NCBI GenBank assembly: GCA_951406725.2
Contig: OX597823.1
Location: 18,600,001 to 18,664,000, forward strand
Direction: 5' to 3'
Source: Octopus vulgaris
Taxonomy: Eukaryota
DNA length: 64,000 nt
Shown here piece after piece: positions 1 to 13,084 of this stretch (position 1 is its first letter; each line of letters opens with the position of its first letter). The notes beneath the pieces are model-generated. The model worked only from the letters and a program-made list of their open reading frames with translations. It did not search any database and was not told where the DNA came from. The translations under genes and the position numbers were made by a program.

Positions 1-107
1 AACTCATTCTTCTTTTTTTTCTTTCCTTTTTACTTTGTCAACGTTTGGTGAGTTTCCGGTTTCGTTTCATCATCAATATCAACAGCACTGGCATCATCAT
101 CATCATT

Positions 108-151
<44 letters not shown>

Positions 152-366
152 TTTTAACTTCCACTTCTCCATGTTCTCATGGATCGGACTGAATTCATTG
201 AGACAGATTTTTTTTTTCTATAGCCAGATGCCTTTTCTGTCACCAAGTAAGGTGATATTTCCCCCCCATGGTCAGATGTGTTTTTATGGTCAGATGTGTG
301 GAAATAAATGATACTGCTTGTATGTTGGTGGTGCTTGTTTACAACTACCATACAATGACAAGACGA

Positions 367-428
<62 letters not shown>

Positions 429-705
429 GATGGGTTTCTTTTGGTTTCCCTTCAAATCAATTCACAAGGCTTTAGTCAACCTGGTTCTATAGTAAGAGAT
501 ACTTGACCAAAATGACATGCAGTGTGATAGAACCTGAGATCACATAGTTGGGAAGGAAGCTTCCTAGCCACACATCCATGCCTGATATATATATATATAT
601 ATATATATAAAAATCTACTACTAATATAGGATGAAGTTTTTTACAGAAAAAATTTCATCAAAAAGTGGCAGCATATTAAAATACCTTTAAAGGTTAAAAT
701 AAGTT

Positions 706-770
<65 letters not shown>

Positions 771-946
771 TATTAGGGAGTATAACTCCAAACTTACAGG
801 GAAAAATTCAATTTAGTATTAAATCAAATTTCACAATATAAATATATAATATATATAAATTAAAGAAAAACTACTATTATGTAATTCAAACAATGATAGA
901 CATAAATCATACCATATAGAAAAAATAAAATATATGATAAAGAAGT

Positions 947-986
<40 letters not shown>

Positions 987-1254
987 ACACACACACACAT
1001 ACGTGCGTGCGCAAGCATGCAATGCAACAAATTACTCTTATTCCTTTACTTGTTTCAGTCATTTGACTGTGGTCATGCTGGAGCACCGCCTTTAGTCAAG
1101 CAAATCAACCCCAGGATTTATTCTTTGTAAACCTAGTACTTATTCTAACGGTCTCTTTTACCGAACCGCTAAGTTACGGATACGTAAACACACCAGCATC
1201 AGTTGTCAAGTGATGGGGTGGGGGACAAACACAGACACACAAGCAAACACAAAT

Positions 1255-1297
<43 letters not shown>

Positions 1298-1669
1298 CAT
1301 ATATACGACGGGTTTCTTTCAGTTTGCTTTTCATCCTTTCGGGGTCGATAAATCAAGTACCAGTTGCGTACAGAGGTCGATCTAATCGACTGGCCCCACC
1401 TCCCCAAAATTTTCGGACCTTTTGCCTAGAGTAGAAAACCATAAAGTATTATTATTGAATTCGCTAGACAGGTATTACCTAATGTCAAGAAGAGACGTAT
1501 CAAAGGGAAATAATTGGCAATATAGACATAAGGGACAAGAGTTATGCACCCTGGTCAACAAATGTTTTCTACAATTCGATGATACGCGCGCGCGCAAAGC
1601 GCACACACGCATTGTTTCATTCATACGTACAGCTATAAACGCGCTCACGGACACATATACACTATTCTT

Positions 1670-1889
1670 TGATTCTTTAATTGTTTTAGTCATTAGACTG
1701 CAACCACACTGGGCCTCCATCTTCAAGAAAATTTTAGCCGAATGAATCGACTTGGTACTTAATATTTTTTGCTACGCCCAGTACTTATCGTATCGGTTGC
1801 TTATGCCGAACCGCTAGGTTATGGGAACGTAAACACACCAGCATTGGTACTCAATCGGTGGTGGGGTACAAACATACACACACACACAT

Positions 1890-1931
<42 letters not shown>

Positions 1932-2145
1932 TTACGACACACACATGTTTACGACACTCACATGTTTACGATACACACATGTTTACGACGGGCTTCCTCC
2001 AATTTCCGTCAACCAAATCTTCTCACAAGGATTTTGTCAGCCCGAGGATATAGTTGAAGATACTTGCCCGAGGTGCCATGCAGTGGGACCGAACCCGGAA
2101 CCATGTGGCTGGTAAACAAGCTTCTTACCACACAGCCACGCCTGT
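1670..2145 (-). mobile_element. SINE-A copy
   Basis: Homologous to 57857-58292; further partial copies at 425-585 and 1033-1325. Confidence 0.8.
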
Positions 2146-2167
2146 ATATGTAATTCATTTATATCTA

Positions 2168-2782
2168 AAGGCAGCGAGCTGGCAGAAACGTTAGCACGCC
2201 GGACAAAATGCGTAGCGGTATTTCGTCTGCCACTACGTTCTGAGTTCAAATTCCGCCGAGGTCGACTTTGCCTTTCATCCCTTCGGGGTCGATTAAATAA
2301 GTACCAGTTACGCACTGGGGTCGATATAATCAACTTAATCCGTGTGTCTGTCCTTGTTTGTCCTCCTGTGTTTAGCCCCTTGTGGGTAATAAAGAAATAG
2401 GTATTTCGTCTGTCTTTATGTTCTGAGTTCAAATTCTGCCGAGGTCGACTCTGCCTTTCATCCTTTCGGGGTCGATAAATTAAGTACCAGTTACGTACTA
2501 GGGTCGATGTAATTGATTTAATTCCTTTGCCTGTCCTTGTTTGTCCCCTCTGTGTTTAGCCACTTGTGGGCAATAAAGAAATCAGAATCGTTAGCACGCC
2601 GGGAGAAATGCTTAGCGGTATTTTGTCTGTCTTTAAGTTCTGAATTCAAATTCCGCCGAGGCCGACTTTGCCTTTCATCCTTTCGGGGTCGATAAATTAG
2701 TACCAGTTGCGTACTGAGGTCGATCTAATTGACTGGCCTCCACCCCAAAATTTCGGGCCTTGTGTCTAGAGTAAAAAAGAAT
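2168..2782 (+). mobile_element. SINE-C tandem array (about 3 units)
   Basis: GGCAGCGAGCTGGCAGAAACG...GAGTTCAAATTCC-GCCGAGGTCGACTTTGCCTTTCATCC repeated. Other copies or arrays at 3343-3935, 40760-41010, 43150-43810 and 55238-55450. Confidence 0.8.
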
Positions 2783-3178
2783 ATATTTATATCTATTCCT
2801 TTCTGTCTGTTTGTGCGCGCGCACACGCACACACAATAGCTTAACATAGGACCAGACCGTGTCTAACATAATAAGTTCCATTTGGAGAAGTCTTTGGGAT
2901 ATGCAAATTTTTTGGATTCGATAACCCACTCGTGTAGGGAATTGGTTGTTGTTAGCCCAAATGTATCAGAGTGTCGGTGGTTTGTCTAGTATCTCTTTGT
3001 GGAATTTGTCCAGGCACCGTGGGAAATAGTATGTGCGTTTTCTCTTCTTTGATTGCTTTCAGAGTGATTTTAAATAAGGCAGCACCATTTGAGGTAAAAA
3101 TCTGTATTGCAACGCTGTTATGTAATGTGAGCTTCGCTTTTTTAAGTGACTTACCGAACAAGTGTTTAGTCATGGCTT

Positions 3179-3213
<35 letters not shown>

Positions 3214-3319
3214 CACACACACACAGAGGCAAATCGACAATAAAAGTAAAAGAACTGCACACAGTTAATGCGTTAGGTTGACGCTCAGTTTGAGATGTAA
3301 AGAAAGAGGTGGTGACTGT

Positions 3320-3346
3320 AACGTTTCGAGCCTGGCTCTTCATCAG
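3320..3346 (-). ncRNA. Hammerhead core, stem I truncated by an adjacent SINE
   Basis: CTGATGA-A-GAGC-CAG-GCTC-GAAAC-GTT. Confidence 0.6.
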
Positions 3347-3978
3347 AAATGCTTAGCGGTATTTCGTCTGCCGCTATGTTCTGAGTTCAAATTCCGCCGA
3401 GGTTGACTTTGCCTTTCATCCTTTCGGGGTCGATTAAATAAGTACCAGTTACGCACTGGGGTCGATGTAATCGACTTAATCTCTTTGCTTGTCCTTGTTT
3501 GTCCCCTCTGTGTGTAGCCCCTTGTGGGCAATAATAAATTAAATAAGAAACGTTAGCACACCGGGCGAAATGCTTAGCGGTATTTCGTCTGTCTTTACGT
3601 TCTGAGTTCAAATTCCGCCGAGGTCGACTTTGCCTTTCATCATTTCGGGGCCGATAAATTAAGTACCAGTTGCGTACTAGAGTTGATCTTATCTACTGGT
3701 CCCCTCCGCCAAAATTTCGGGCCCTGTGCTTGAGTCGAAAACAATATGTTTAACAACATTTCGTCCGTCTTTGAGTTCTGAGTTCAAATTCCACCGAGGT
3801 TGTCGTTGCCTTTCATCCTTTAAGGAGGGTGGAGGGGGTCGATAAAAGGAGTACCAGTTGATCACTGGGGTCGACGTAACCGACTTCCCCCTCCTCCGAA
3901 ATTGCTGTCGTTGTGCCAAAATAACTTGAAATCGATATTACATAACAGAAATAGCAAACAAGAGATTCTTCGCTCCTT

Positions 3979-3992
3979 GTTGCCATGGAAAC
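3979..3992. promoter_or_regulatory. RFX X-box motif
   Basis: GTTGCCATGGAAAC, a canonical near-palindromic X-box, in a unique-sequence island. Confidence 0.4.
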
Positions 3993-4129
3993 AGATTAGC
4001 CATTAAACGTAGCCACTCTCCGGGGAGACGGCAAAGAGAAGATGACGTTGGAGAAGCTAAATAGGAAGATGGGTGGAAAAAAGTGTTTACTGATGATGAC
4101 AAGGTAAATGGTAGGAGTGTATTGCAATG

Positions 4130-4414
4130 TTGAGGATGATGATGTTAAATATTACAATGGAGGAGGAGGAGAAGGGAGGGAAATAAGATGAGGAGGAGGA
4201 GGAGGAGGAGGGGGAAGATGATGATGATGAGGTGAGGAGGAGGAGGAGGGGGATGATGATGAGGAGGAGGAGGAGGAGGAGGAAGATGATGATGATGATG
4301 GGGAGGAAGAGGAGGGTGAGGGTGAGGAGGAGGAGGGTGAGGACGGGGAAGATGATGATGATGATGAGGAGGAGGAGGAGGAGGGTGAGGAGGATGAGGA
4401 GGGTGAGGAGGATG

Positions 4415-4451
<37 letters not shown>

Positions 4452-4475
4452 GGAGGAGGAGGAGGAGGAGGAGGT
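4130..4475. repeat. (GAG)n/(GAT)n compound microsatellite
   Basis: Seen directly in the sequence. Confidence 0.95.
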
Positions 4476-5420
4476 GGAGTTGTGTTTGTAACACAATTGG
4501 TAAGTAAGAACCAGCATAATCGAAATCGTAATCTTTCTCTTGCCAAATTTTATAGCCTCTAATAATAACGTAGAGTGAGCTTAAATATGGTCGCGAATAT
4601 GGTATTAAGTAATCAAATAATTTAATTAATTAGACAGCTTTAGTATTGTCTTATGCAATTCTTTTTTTTACTGTATACTTATATCCAAGTCTACATCATA
4701 AGTCGCGGCAATCCGTCGGTTACGACGACGAGGGTTCCGGTTGATCTGAATCAACGGAACAGCCTGCTCGTGAAATTAACGCGCCAGTGGCTGAGCATTC
4801 CACAGACACGTGTACCTTTAACATAGTTCTCGGGGAGATTCAGCGTGACACAGAGTGTGACAAGGCTGGCCCCTTGAAATACAGTACAACAGAAAGAGGA
4901 AGAAAGAGTGAGAGAAAGTTGTGGTGAAAGAGTACAGCAGGGATCACCACCATCCCCTGCCGGAGCCGCGTGGAGCTTTAGGTGTGTTCGCTCCATAAAC
5001 ACTCACAACGCTTGGTCTGGAAATCGAAAGCGCGGTCTTACGACCGCGAGTCCGCTACCCTAACCACTGGGCCATTGCACCTCCATACATCATAAGTAAT
5101 TACAATTATTCATGTGCGCGTGCGCGGGTCGTTGAGTTGTCAGTGTTGTAAGGTTGTTCGATAGAATGCTTTACGGTATTTGTTCCAGCTATCAGGGTTC
5201 AAATCTCACCGGGGTCAACTTTGCTTTTCATCCCTTTTGGAGCCCATGAATGAAGTACCAGTCCGGTACTGGGGGTTGATTCTTCTTCTTCTCCTTGTCA
5301 TCCTCCCCCTCCTCCGCCGCCGCCTCCTCCTCTTCCTTTCTCTCTTGTAGAAATTGTATGCACTCAAATTGGGAGAGCAATGGACTCTACCAGGTTTAAA
5401 TATCCAAGACACGCTGTATA

Positions 5421-5518
5421 TCATGACGATGCCTCCACGATTTCCATCATGATGGCCCCAAGACAAGCAGTAAGCGATCCGGAGCAAGAGAGCATGCGCG
5501 GCTCCGACTGTAGAGGAG
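5421..5518 (-). CDS. Candidate fourth (terminal) exon of the MyRIP-like gene
   Basis: ttttattcag acceptor within an island of unique sequence. The phase-1 reading gives SPLQSEPRMLSCSGSLTACLGAIMMEIVEASS*. No homology recognised. Confidence 0.25.
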
Positions 5519-5941
5519 CTGAATAAAATACAATTGCCGTGTGTGCTTAAGTACAAAGCTGTATCGAAAATATCGCAACACATCTTACAATGTCAACACA
5601 CACATACACACAAAGCACGCACACACACGCACATTCATGTGTATACATGTAGAAATTGCACTCAACTATAATCCTACTTAGTAACCTGTACTCTAATGTT
5701 TTGTATAAAGTTTTTTGCATCATACATGAGAAATTAGAGTAGGTCGAAATCAGATCCGTAGCTTCCCTTTCTGGTTAAACAATTCCTAAAGTATTGTAAA
5801 ATAAAGTTGAATATATTTCCTCGAAGAGGAGTGTCACTATTCGCAGAAAATGCAACAACATTTTAGTCACAGATTGTGGTTTTATTGAAACAGATATATA
5901 AAGGAAGAGAGCAGTCGCCATATTTCATTTCATATCCTTCT

Positions 5942-6024
5942 ACCTCTGATGAGCGTAGGGTTACATAATCAGATTGTTACCTAACACTCCGTTCAATCTC
6001 GAGCGCGAAACCGATTGGTAAGAT
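5942..6024 (+). ncRNA. Type I hammerhead-like motif
   Basis: ACCT-CTGATGA-GCG...CGC-GAAAC-C-GATT-GGTA-AGAT. Canonical core, G-C closing pair of stem II, near-palindromic stem III, weak stem I. Confidence 0.55.
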
Positions 6025-6068
6025 CGGCTGTAATGGACATATAATACTGTACATTTCGGAAAACACAC

Positions 6069-6129
<61 letters not shown>

Positions 6130-6134
6130 TACAT

Positions 6135-6172
<38 letters not shown>

Positions 6173-6210
6173 AAACAATAAACAATATGTATATGCATAT
6201 GTATACGTAC

Positions 6211-6335
6211 AAACATGTTTCTGTAATACCGCCTTCTTTTTGTAAAGGGCTCGCACCACTTTAGCACTGCCGAAACTTCTGAACCGCTTGCTTACTTTGG
6301 AGTAGAACCACTCCAAAGACATAGAACGGAGTTCA
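6211..6335 (-). CDS. MYRIP: Third coding exon, SHD2 with the S(G/L)EWFY motif
   Basis: tattttag acceptor in phase. Translates ELRSMSLEWFYSKVSKRFRSFGSAKVVRALYKKKAVLQKH; SLEWFY...RFxxFGSAKV is typical of MyRIP/melanophilin. Donor is probably gtacgt at 6210, alternatively gtatta at 6229. Confidence 0.85.
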
Positions 6336-6799
6336 CTAAAATACAAAAAATAAGAGAACAATTAGATGTTAATTTTCTCGTGCAATAATTAACTGGAATG
6401 GTAGGGCATCAAATTATTAAAGAAAGAAAGAAAAGGAAAAACTGAGTTGCTTGCCTTCGCCTCTGGTTGACTTAATCATTGTCTAATAATGTTTAACCTC
6501 TCCTCGAAACAGGTGTACAGATTTAATTTGTTACCTTGCTAGAAACAATATTTGTGTTATAGCGTTTATTTCATTACAATGTATTGAAATTTCCCTCTTA
6601 GTTGGAGAAAGAAAGAAAGAAAAAGAAAAGAAAAGAAAAAAGAACAAGCAGCAGGAGATAATTGAAAAAGTTAAAAATGAATCACTGAAAGGTAAGAGAA
6701 AGGTAAGAAAAGGTAAGAGAAAAACCTGATGTCTAAATTTTGCTTTCTATATTATATCTTTTTTTCTTTATTTATTTATCTATTCATACATTATTATTT

Positions 6800-7024
6800 T
6801 ATATTCTTTTATTTGTTTGTCATTTGACTGCGATCATGCTGGAGCACCGCCTTTAGTCGAGCAAATCGACGCCAGGACTTATTCTTTGTAACCCTAGTAC
6901 TTATTCTATCGGTTCTCTTTTGCCGAACCGCTAAGTTACGGGGACGTAAACACACGAACTTCGGTTGTCAAGCGATGGTGGGTGAGACAAACACAGACAC
7001 ACACACAAATATACACGCACGCAC

Positions 7025-7081
<57 letters not shown>

Positions 7082-7244
7082 CGATGGGCTTCTTTCAGTT
7101 TTCGTCTACCAAATCCTCTCACAAGGCTTTGGTCAACCCGAGACTATAGCAGAAGATAAGTGCCCAAGGTACCACGCAGTGGGACTGAACCCGGAACCAT
7201 GTGGTTGGTAAGCTAGCTACTTACCACACAGACATTCCTGCGCC
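6800..7244 (-). mobile_element. SINE-A copy
   Basis: Homologous to 57857-58292. Confidence 0.85.
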
Positions 7245-7511
7245 TTAGTTTCGAATTATTCGTCTTTTGTGTGTGTGTGTGTTTTACTTGTTCAAGACAT
7301 TGAATTGTGGCCATGCTGGGACACCGCTTTGAAGGGTTTAGTCGAACAAACCGACCTCAGTTTTTTTAAAGCTTGATACTTATTCTATCGGTTTCTTTTG
7401 ACAAGACACTAAGTCGCGGGTACGTAAAGGAACCAACACCGATTGTCAAGCGCTGTGGGGAGGGGCAAACACAACACAGACACACAAATACACATACATA
7501 TATACACACAC

Positions 7512-7805
7512 GTGGAGGCGCAATGGCCCAGTGGTTAGGGCAGTGGACTCGCGGTCGTAGGATCGCGGTTTCGATTCCTAGACCTGGCGTTGTGAGTGTT
7601 TATTGAACGAAAACACCTAAAAGCTCCACGACGCTCCGGCAGGGGGTGGTGATCCCTGCTGTACTCTTTCACCACTCTTTCTTCTGTTGGTCTGCTCGCT
7701 TAGCCAGCGGGGTGGCGTCATTCGAAGGCTAAAACAATGCGAACGCATTGTGACCAGCGATGTGTAACTACATCTGATGGACTGGTCGGTCACGTGATCA
7801 CGTGA
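7512..7805 (+). mobile_element. SINE-B variant with a different 3' half
   Basis: Same head up to ...actctttcaccac, then an unrelated tail ending in cacgtgat repeats. Confidence 0.7.
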
Positions 7806-8167
7806 TATATACACACACACACATATTATCCAAATTTAGAGAGTGGAGCGGGTAAAATGCAGGCTACATATGTTTCTTAGCTAGCTGAACCTCTGATGTA
7901 ATAATTACTCAATGAAGAGCACTTAACCTTGATTAAATGAAGGTTACACTGTCGCTTAGAATTTCCAAGTTAACTCACCGCAGATGGGTTTTGAAACTTT
8001 CAGCTTATATTTCCCATAAATTTCTTTATGGGAAAAAGTGTGTCACTTTTGATGGCAATAAATTGTTAAAATTCTTGATTGAACACTGTTCACTTTTTCT
8101 TTTCTATACCTGCCACGCACTGCTTGAGGATTACAAACTTCCTATACCTATATCCCTGGATCTTACC

Positions 8168-8210
<43 letters not shown>

Positions 8211-8417
8211 TTATAAGTTTAAATTATTTAAATAATTTTTTATTTTAACTTTTATATTTTTAAATTAATTTTATGTATTGGCTTATGTTTTTTCACTGTT
8301 TGATTTGCCTAATAGTGGTTTTATCTCTAATTTAATATAATATAATATATTTATACTATAAAATTGGATTTAATCCTAAATCTAATTTTTCCCTGTAAGT
8401 TTGGATTTATTCCCTAA

Positions 8418-8486
<69 letters not shown>

Positions 8487-8934
8487 ATATGTACATATCT
8501 ACACATATATGCATATATACATGCATATATGGGTAAAGGACGTCCAAAAAAACGTGAGCAAAATGAAAACGAGAACGTAAAAAACAAAAACATGGAAAAC
8601 GAACTTTTTTTCGAATAACGAAAGAAAGAAGTAGAGAAACGAGACAGGCAACATAAAGAACAATCCCTTCATCAGTTGTTCCCTATTTTATCTACTCCGC
8701 GTTTCGAAGGTAGGGACAAGACGCGACTTCGTTAAAACAGTCGTTCCCGCAAAGAAAATTAAATAAAATTTGGGATTTGCAGAGAGTTAAATTGGTAACA
8801 AAAACAAGACATTAAGAACAAAACAGTAAAAACAAACGGTAAGGGCTGTAACGTCATAACAAGGTGAAGTGGTGAACGCTGGAGAAACGAGCTTTGACAA
8901 GAGACAGGCAAAAGTGTCTTGTCTCTTGTCTTTC

Positions 8935-8982
<48 letters not shown>

Positions 8983-9163
8983 TATATAAAGAGAGAGAGG
9001 GGGTGGAGAACAAATAGTGAGGGATTATCAATACTTCATAAGCTCTCTGTTGGCACACCAAGCTAACAAAATTAGATTAGTGAAGAACTCCAGGTAATCT
9101 TTTAGTAGGGCCCAAGGTTATGGTTCACTACAATTCTCTATCACTCTTATACATATACATATA

Positions 9164-9225
<62 letters not shown>

Positions 9226-9235
9226 TAAGTACACG

Positions 9236-9269
<34 letters not shown>

Positions 9270-10653
9270 GTATGTATGTAAGTATGTATGTATGTACATG
9301 TATGTCTCTTCAATTTTTTTAATATTATAAATCTTCCACTGAGGAGGGAGCCGGTTTCCAGCAAAGATACAAAGCTCCATCAATGGGATGTAGCTAATAG
9401 AGACAAATTCACTTTTGGAACTTGAAAAAAGTCTTGCATATTTTTACTGTTCCTCTCACATATTGCACTCGTAATGTACGAATCAGTCGGCCAGTTTCTC
9501 TTTCTCAAAATCCCAGTTTATCCAGATTCTTCTTTAAGCATTTACTAACAAAACTTAGTGCTCCAATCATTATTGGTATGGATATGAATCCGTAGTCTGA
9601 ACATAGAAGCTGGAGATTTCGAACCAGTTATAAAGAGATATCCTCTTTTTGATTTTCAAAGGGATATTTAGATCTGCATGTGTGTGTATGTATGTATGTA
9701 TGTATGTATGTATGTATGTATGTATGTATGTATGTATGTATGTATGTATGTATGTATGTATGTATGCATGTATGTATGTATGTATGTATGTAGGTATGTA
9801 TGTATGTATGTATGTACAAATATGTATGTCTGTATGTATGTATGTATGTATGTATGTATTATACCACGAAATTTTTTCAGTTTCCATCCATCAAATTCAC
9901 TCACAAGGCATTGATCGGCCCCGCGGCTATAGTTGAAGCCACTTGCCCAATGTGCTGTGCACTGGGACTGAACCTGAAGTCATGTAGTTTCAAAGCTGAG
10001 CCTATTTATTTATGCATTCATTTATTTGCATGCCGAGTTATATCACTCAAGAGCAGTAATAAGCAACTTGAAATATGCGACAATGTGTCGCATATTTCCT
10101 TCCATACATTAAAATTCATTACTTACTAGCTTAAAAGCTGCACTCCGTGCAGACTTTTAAGTTCGCTCCTGCGGTGGGCTAATTGAGCCTGTGGCCCAAA
10201 ATTTAAAGAGAGCTAAATAGCATGACTGCAATATGTCTATAATGATTATATGCCTCGATGGTGTTTAATCAGAGGTTAAGGACGGATGAGAATTAATTCT
10301 GTAATGCCATCATTCTATTGTTCCAGTCCCAAGTTGAATTCCAGCTACTGGCCAATTTGTCCCAAAGTTCATATCTCGACGTAAGATTAACGAAACGAAT
10401 TTTATTTATCTGATTAAAACTATGTATAATATCTCTATGCAGAGCAAATGTAGACTGAATTACAGGGGTCCCAGAAGGACAGAGAGAATTTCGATTTTAT
10501 TAATACAGAAGAGAAAGAAAAAGACATGCATGGGGTTTTGACGAGTTGTGAGTGCTAGCTTGGCACACCGAGAGCGCTAACCATTTTTTTCGAGTCCGTG
10601 TGATAAAAAGGCATGTATTATTGGCAATGCAAGAAGCACGCCATATCACTTAC

Positions 10654-10875
10654 TTTTTCTTCACACAGACGTGGCAAATGTATCGGCTGTGGTAATAACT
10701 GTAATGGCTACAGGACTTGCATACACTTGACTGGCACAGTAAACATATCTGCTTTCGGTTGAAAATGTAACCAAACGCTCGACAGCAAGATGGACAAAAA
10801 TTATCGTTGAAATTCTTTTTCTGACAAAGTACTTTCTTCTGCTGTTCTTGGCTTGTAACTCCTTCTTCTATTTGT
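10654..10875 (-). CDS. MYRIP: Second coding exon, FYVE-like zinc finger of the Rab-binding domain
   Basis: ttccag acceptor and gtaagt donor, 222 nt, in phase with exon 1. Translates QIEEGVTSQEQQKKVLCQKKNFNDNFCPSCCRAFGYIFNRKQICLLCQSSVCKSCSHYSYYHSRYICHVCVKK with four CxxC pairs. Confidence 0.9.
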
Positions 10876-11934
10876 CTGGAAACAGAAAGGAGAAAAGTAG
10901 GTTTTATTTATTCAAGTTTTAAATCATTTTATTACTGTTGTTGTTATTGCAGTGGATGGTTGTAAAGTAAGCGATATCCGGATAATCGATTAGGATTAAT
11001 GTTGGTCAATGTACGACTTAATCAAATACAATAAACGAATAGAAATTTGAGACTGAAAAAGGAAAAGTTATTGAATTTTCTAGTTGGCGGAAATCTATAC
11101 ATTCACAGGAAAGGAGTTCCAGCGATTGATTATTAAACAGAATGTTATTGTTACTTATTTTATCGACCCATCGCTATTCCTTACCGGAAATGAAAGAGCA
11201 GGTCGCCCTCTATAAGGATTGAACTTAAAATGCGAGAAGTAACCAAGGTATTTTGTTTGGTACTCGACTGATTCTGTCAATTTGCTGTCCATAATTGTTG
11301 ATGAAATTAAACACATTGAGAGTGGTGGAGTAACTGAATTAGTAGAGCCGTAGAGTTATTTAGTCACATCTCCTTATGTTCCTTCCTATTCTGAGCTCAT
11401 CAACGAAACATAGCTTTCACTGTTTATATTGATGTAATGATAAAATAATCACTGAATAAAAGAGAACTTCTATGTGTTTGCTCAATTTGCAAAATAGCAG
11501 CTAACACCTTTCAAATACACCAAAATCCATAAAATATTATCTTTAAAAAATATGAGATAATATAGTTCTCCAAATACAAAAAGATGGAATATTTGCGGCT
11601 GGCACACCTTTGATCTACTATTGGTGTCTTGAGTCTAAATGATAAAAATGACAACAACAATGATAACAGCAACAACAACAACGAGACGTAATTGAGCTGT
11701 ACTGAAACTGATGTTTGAATCGTTCAACTACAAATTGCAAAAAATAATTGGAAAATAAGAGAACAAAAGATTGGATTATGGAATGGGGAGATTAGTTATA
11801 TTGCTTTACAGAAAGAACGTAAGGACATGAGAGTGAGTGGAGTGCAAAATGAAAGAGAGCAGTGGTGCAAAAGAGAGAAATAAAAGATGTGCATTGATAT
11901 ACATACATACATACATACATACATACATACATAC

Positions 11935-11998
<64 letters not shown>

Positions 11999-12045
11999 TA
12001 TAGATATAAATATATCAAAATAAGCAACAAGGATATCCAGAGGTA

Positions 12046-12134
12046 ATGCAGTACGATCGTTTCATGCGACTCCATTTAATTGAAAAATGCAAACATTACA
12101 TCAATTTAAGATATAAACCAATCTTCAGCTGCAT
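12046..12134 (-). ncRNA. Type I hammerhead-like motif with long stem II
   Basis: ATGCAG-CTGAAGA-(~58 nt)-GAAAC-GATC-GTA-CTGCAT: 6-bp stem I, palindromic stem III ACGATCGT, GUA site. The base of stem II is non-canonical. Confidence 0.6.
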
Positions 12135-12563
12135 AAAAATATAGAATTTAGTTAAATTCGAAGGACTCATTTGTATAATTTTTTATCCAAAATCACAAAG
12201 AGGATAAGGAGATAGGCCAAGAACATGTTTTATCAACATCACAGTTTTTTCAAAGAAATTTTTCTCAAAAAAGACACTGCTTATCACTGATTATTTCTGT
12301 TATTTAGATTTATTAATGGGGCAGAGTTCAGTTTTAATTTATAGGCTAGTTTATCAAGTCTAAGAGAAGACAGAGTGTAGTATCATTTATGGACAGGGCA
12401 AAATAGATAGACAATTTACGTGGCAAAGTCACATATCAAAATTTCTTTGAAGCAAAGCCATTTGATTCAGTAAGAATATACTTCAGACAAGATTTTAGCT
12501 GCTAATTTTGTGGACCAATGCTTATGGGACAGGGAGAATGATTTCATATAGTAGTAGTGCATT

Positions 12564-12890
<327 letters not shown>

Positions 12891-12962
12891 GGTAAGAGAG
12901 AGAATACACGAGCAGAGAGAGTTAGGGTTTGAGTAGCATGGAAGAGTAGATAGGATCCTTAC

Positions 12963-13084
12963 TTGAGCCGTTTCTTTTCATTTTCCCGAAGTGCGAAATC
13001 TCGTTGTATCACTTCAAGGATCTTCTCCCGTTCATCATCGGTAAGTTCCGTATAGATAGCCCCCGGACTCGCTTCGCCCTTCAT
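12963..13084 (-). CDS. MYRIP: First coding exon of a MyRIP/melanophilin (Slac2)-like Rab effector, SHD helix 1
   Basis: acaaccATG start; translates [40 protein letters not shown], matching the L-T-D-x-E-x-x-x-I-L-x-V-x-Q-R-D-F motif of Slp-homology domains. Ends at a GTAAG donor, phase 2 (122 nt). The symbol is a family-level call. Confidence 0.85.

Noticed and set aside
2860-3180. Unique sequence with 73-90 aa ORFs
   Set aside because: No recognisable homology or consistent splice signals.
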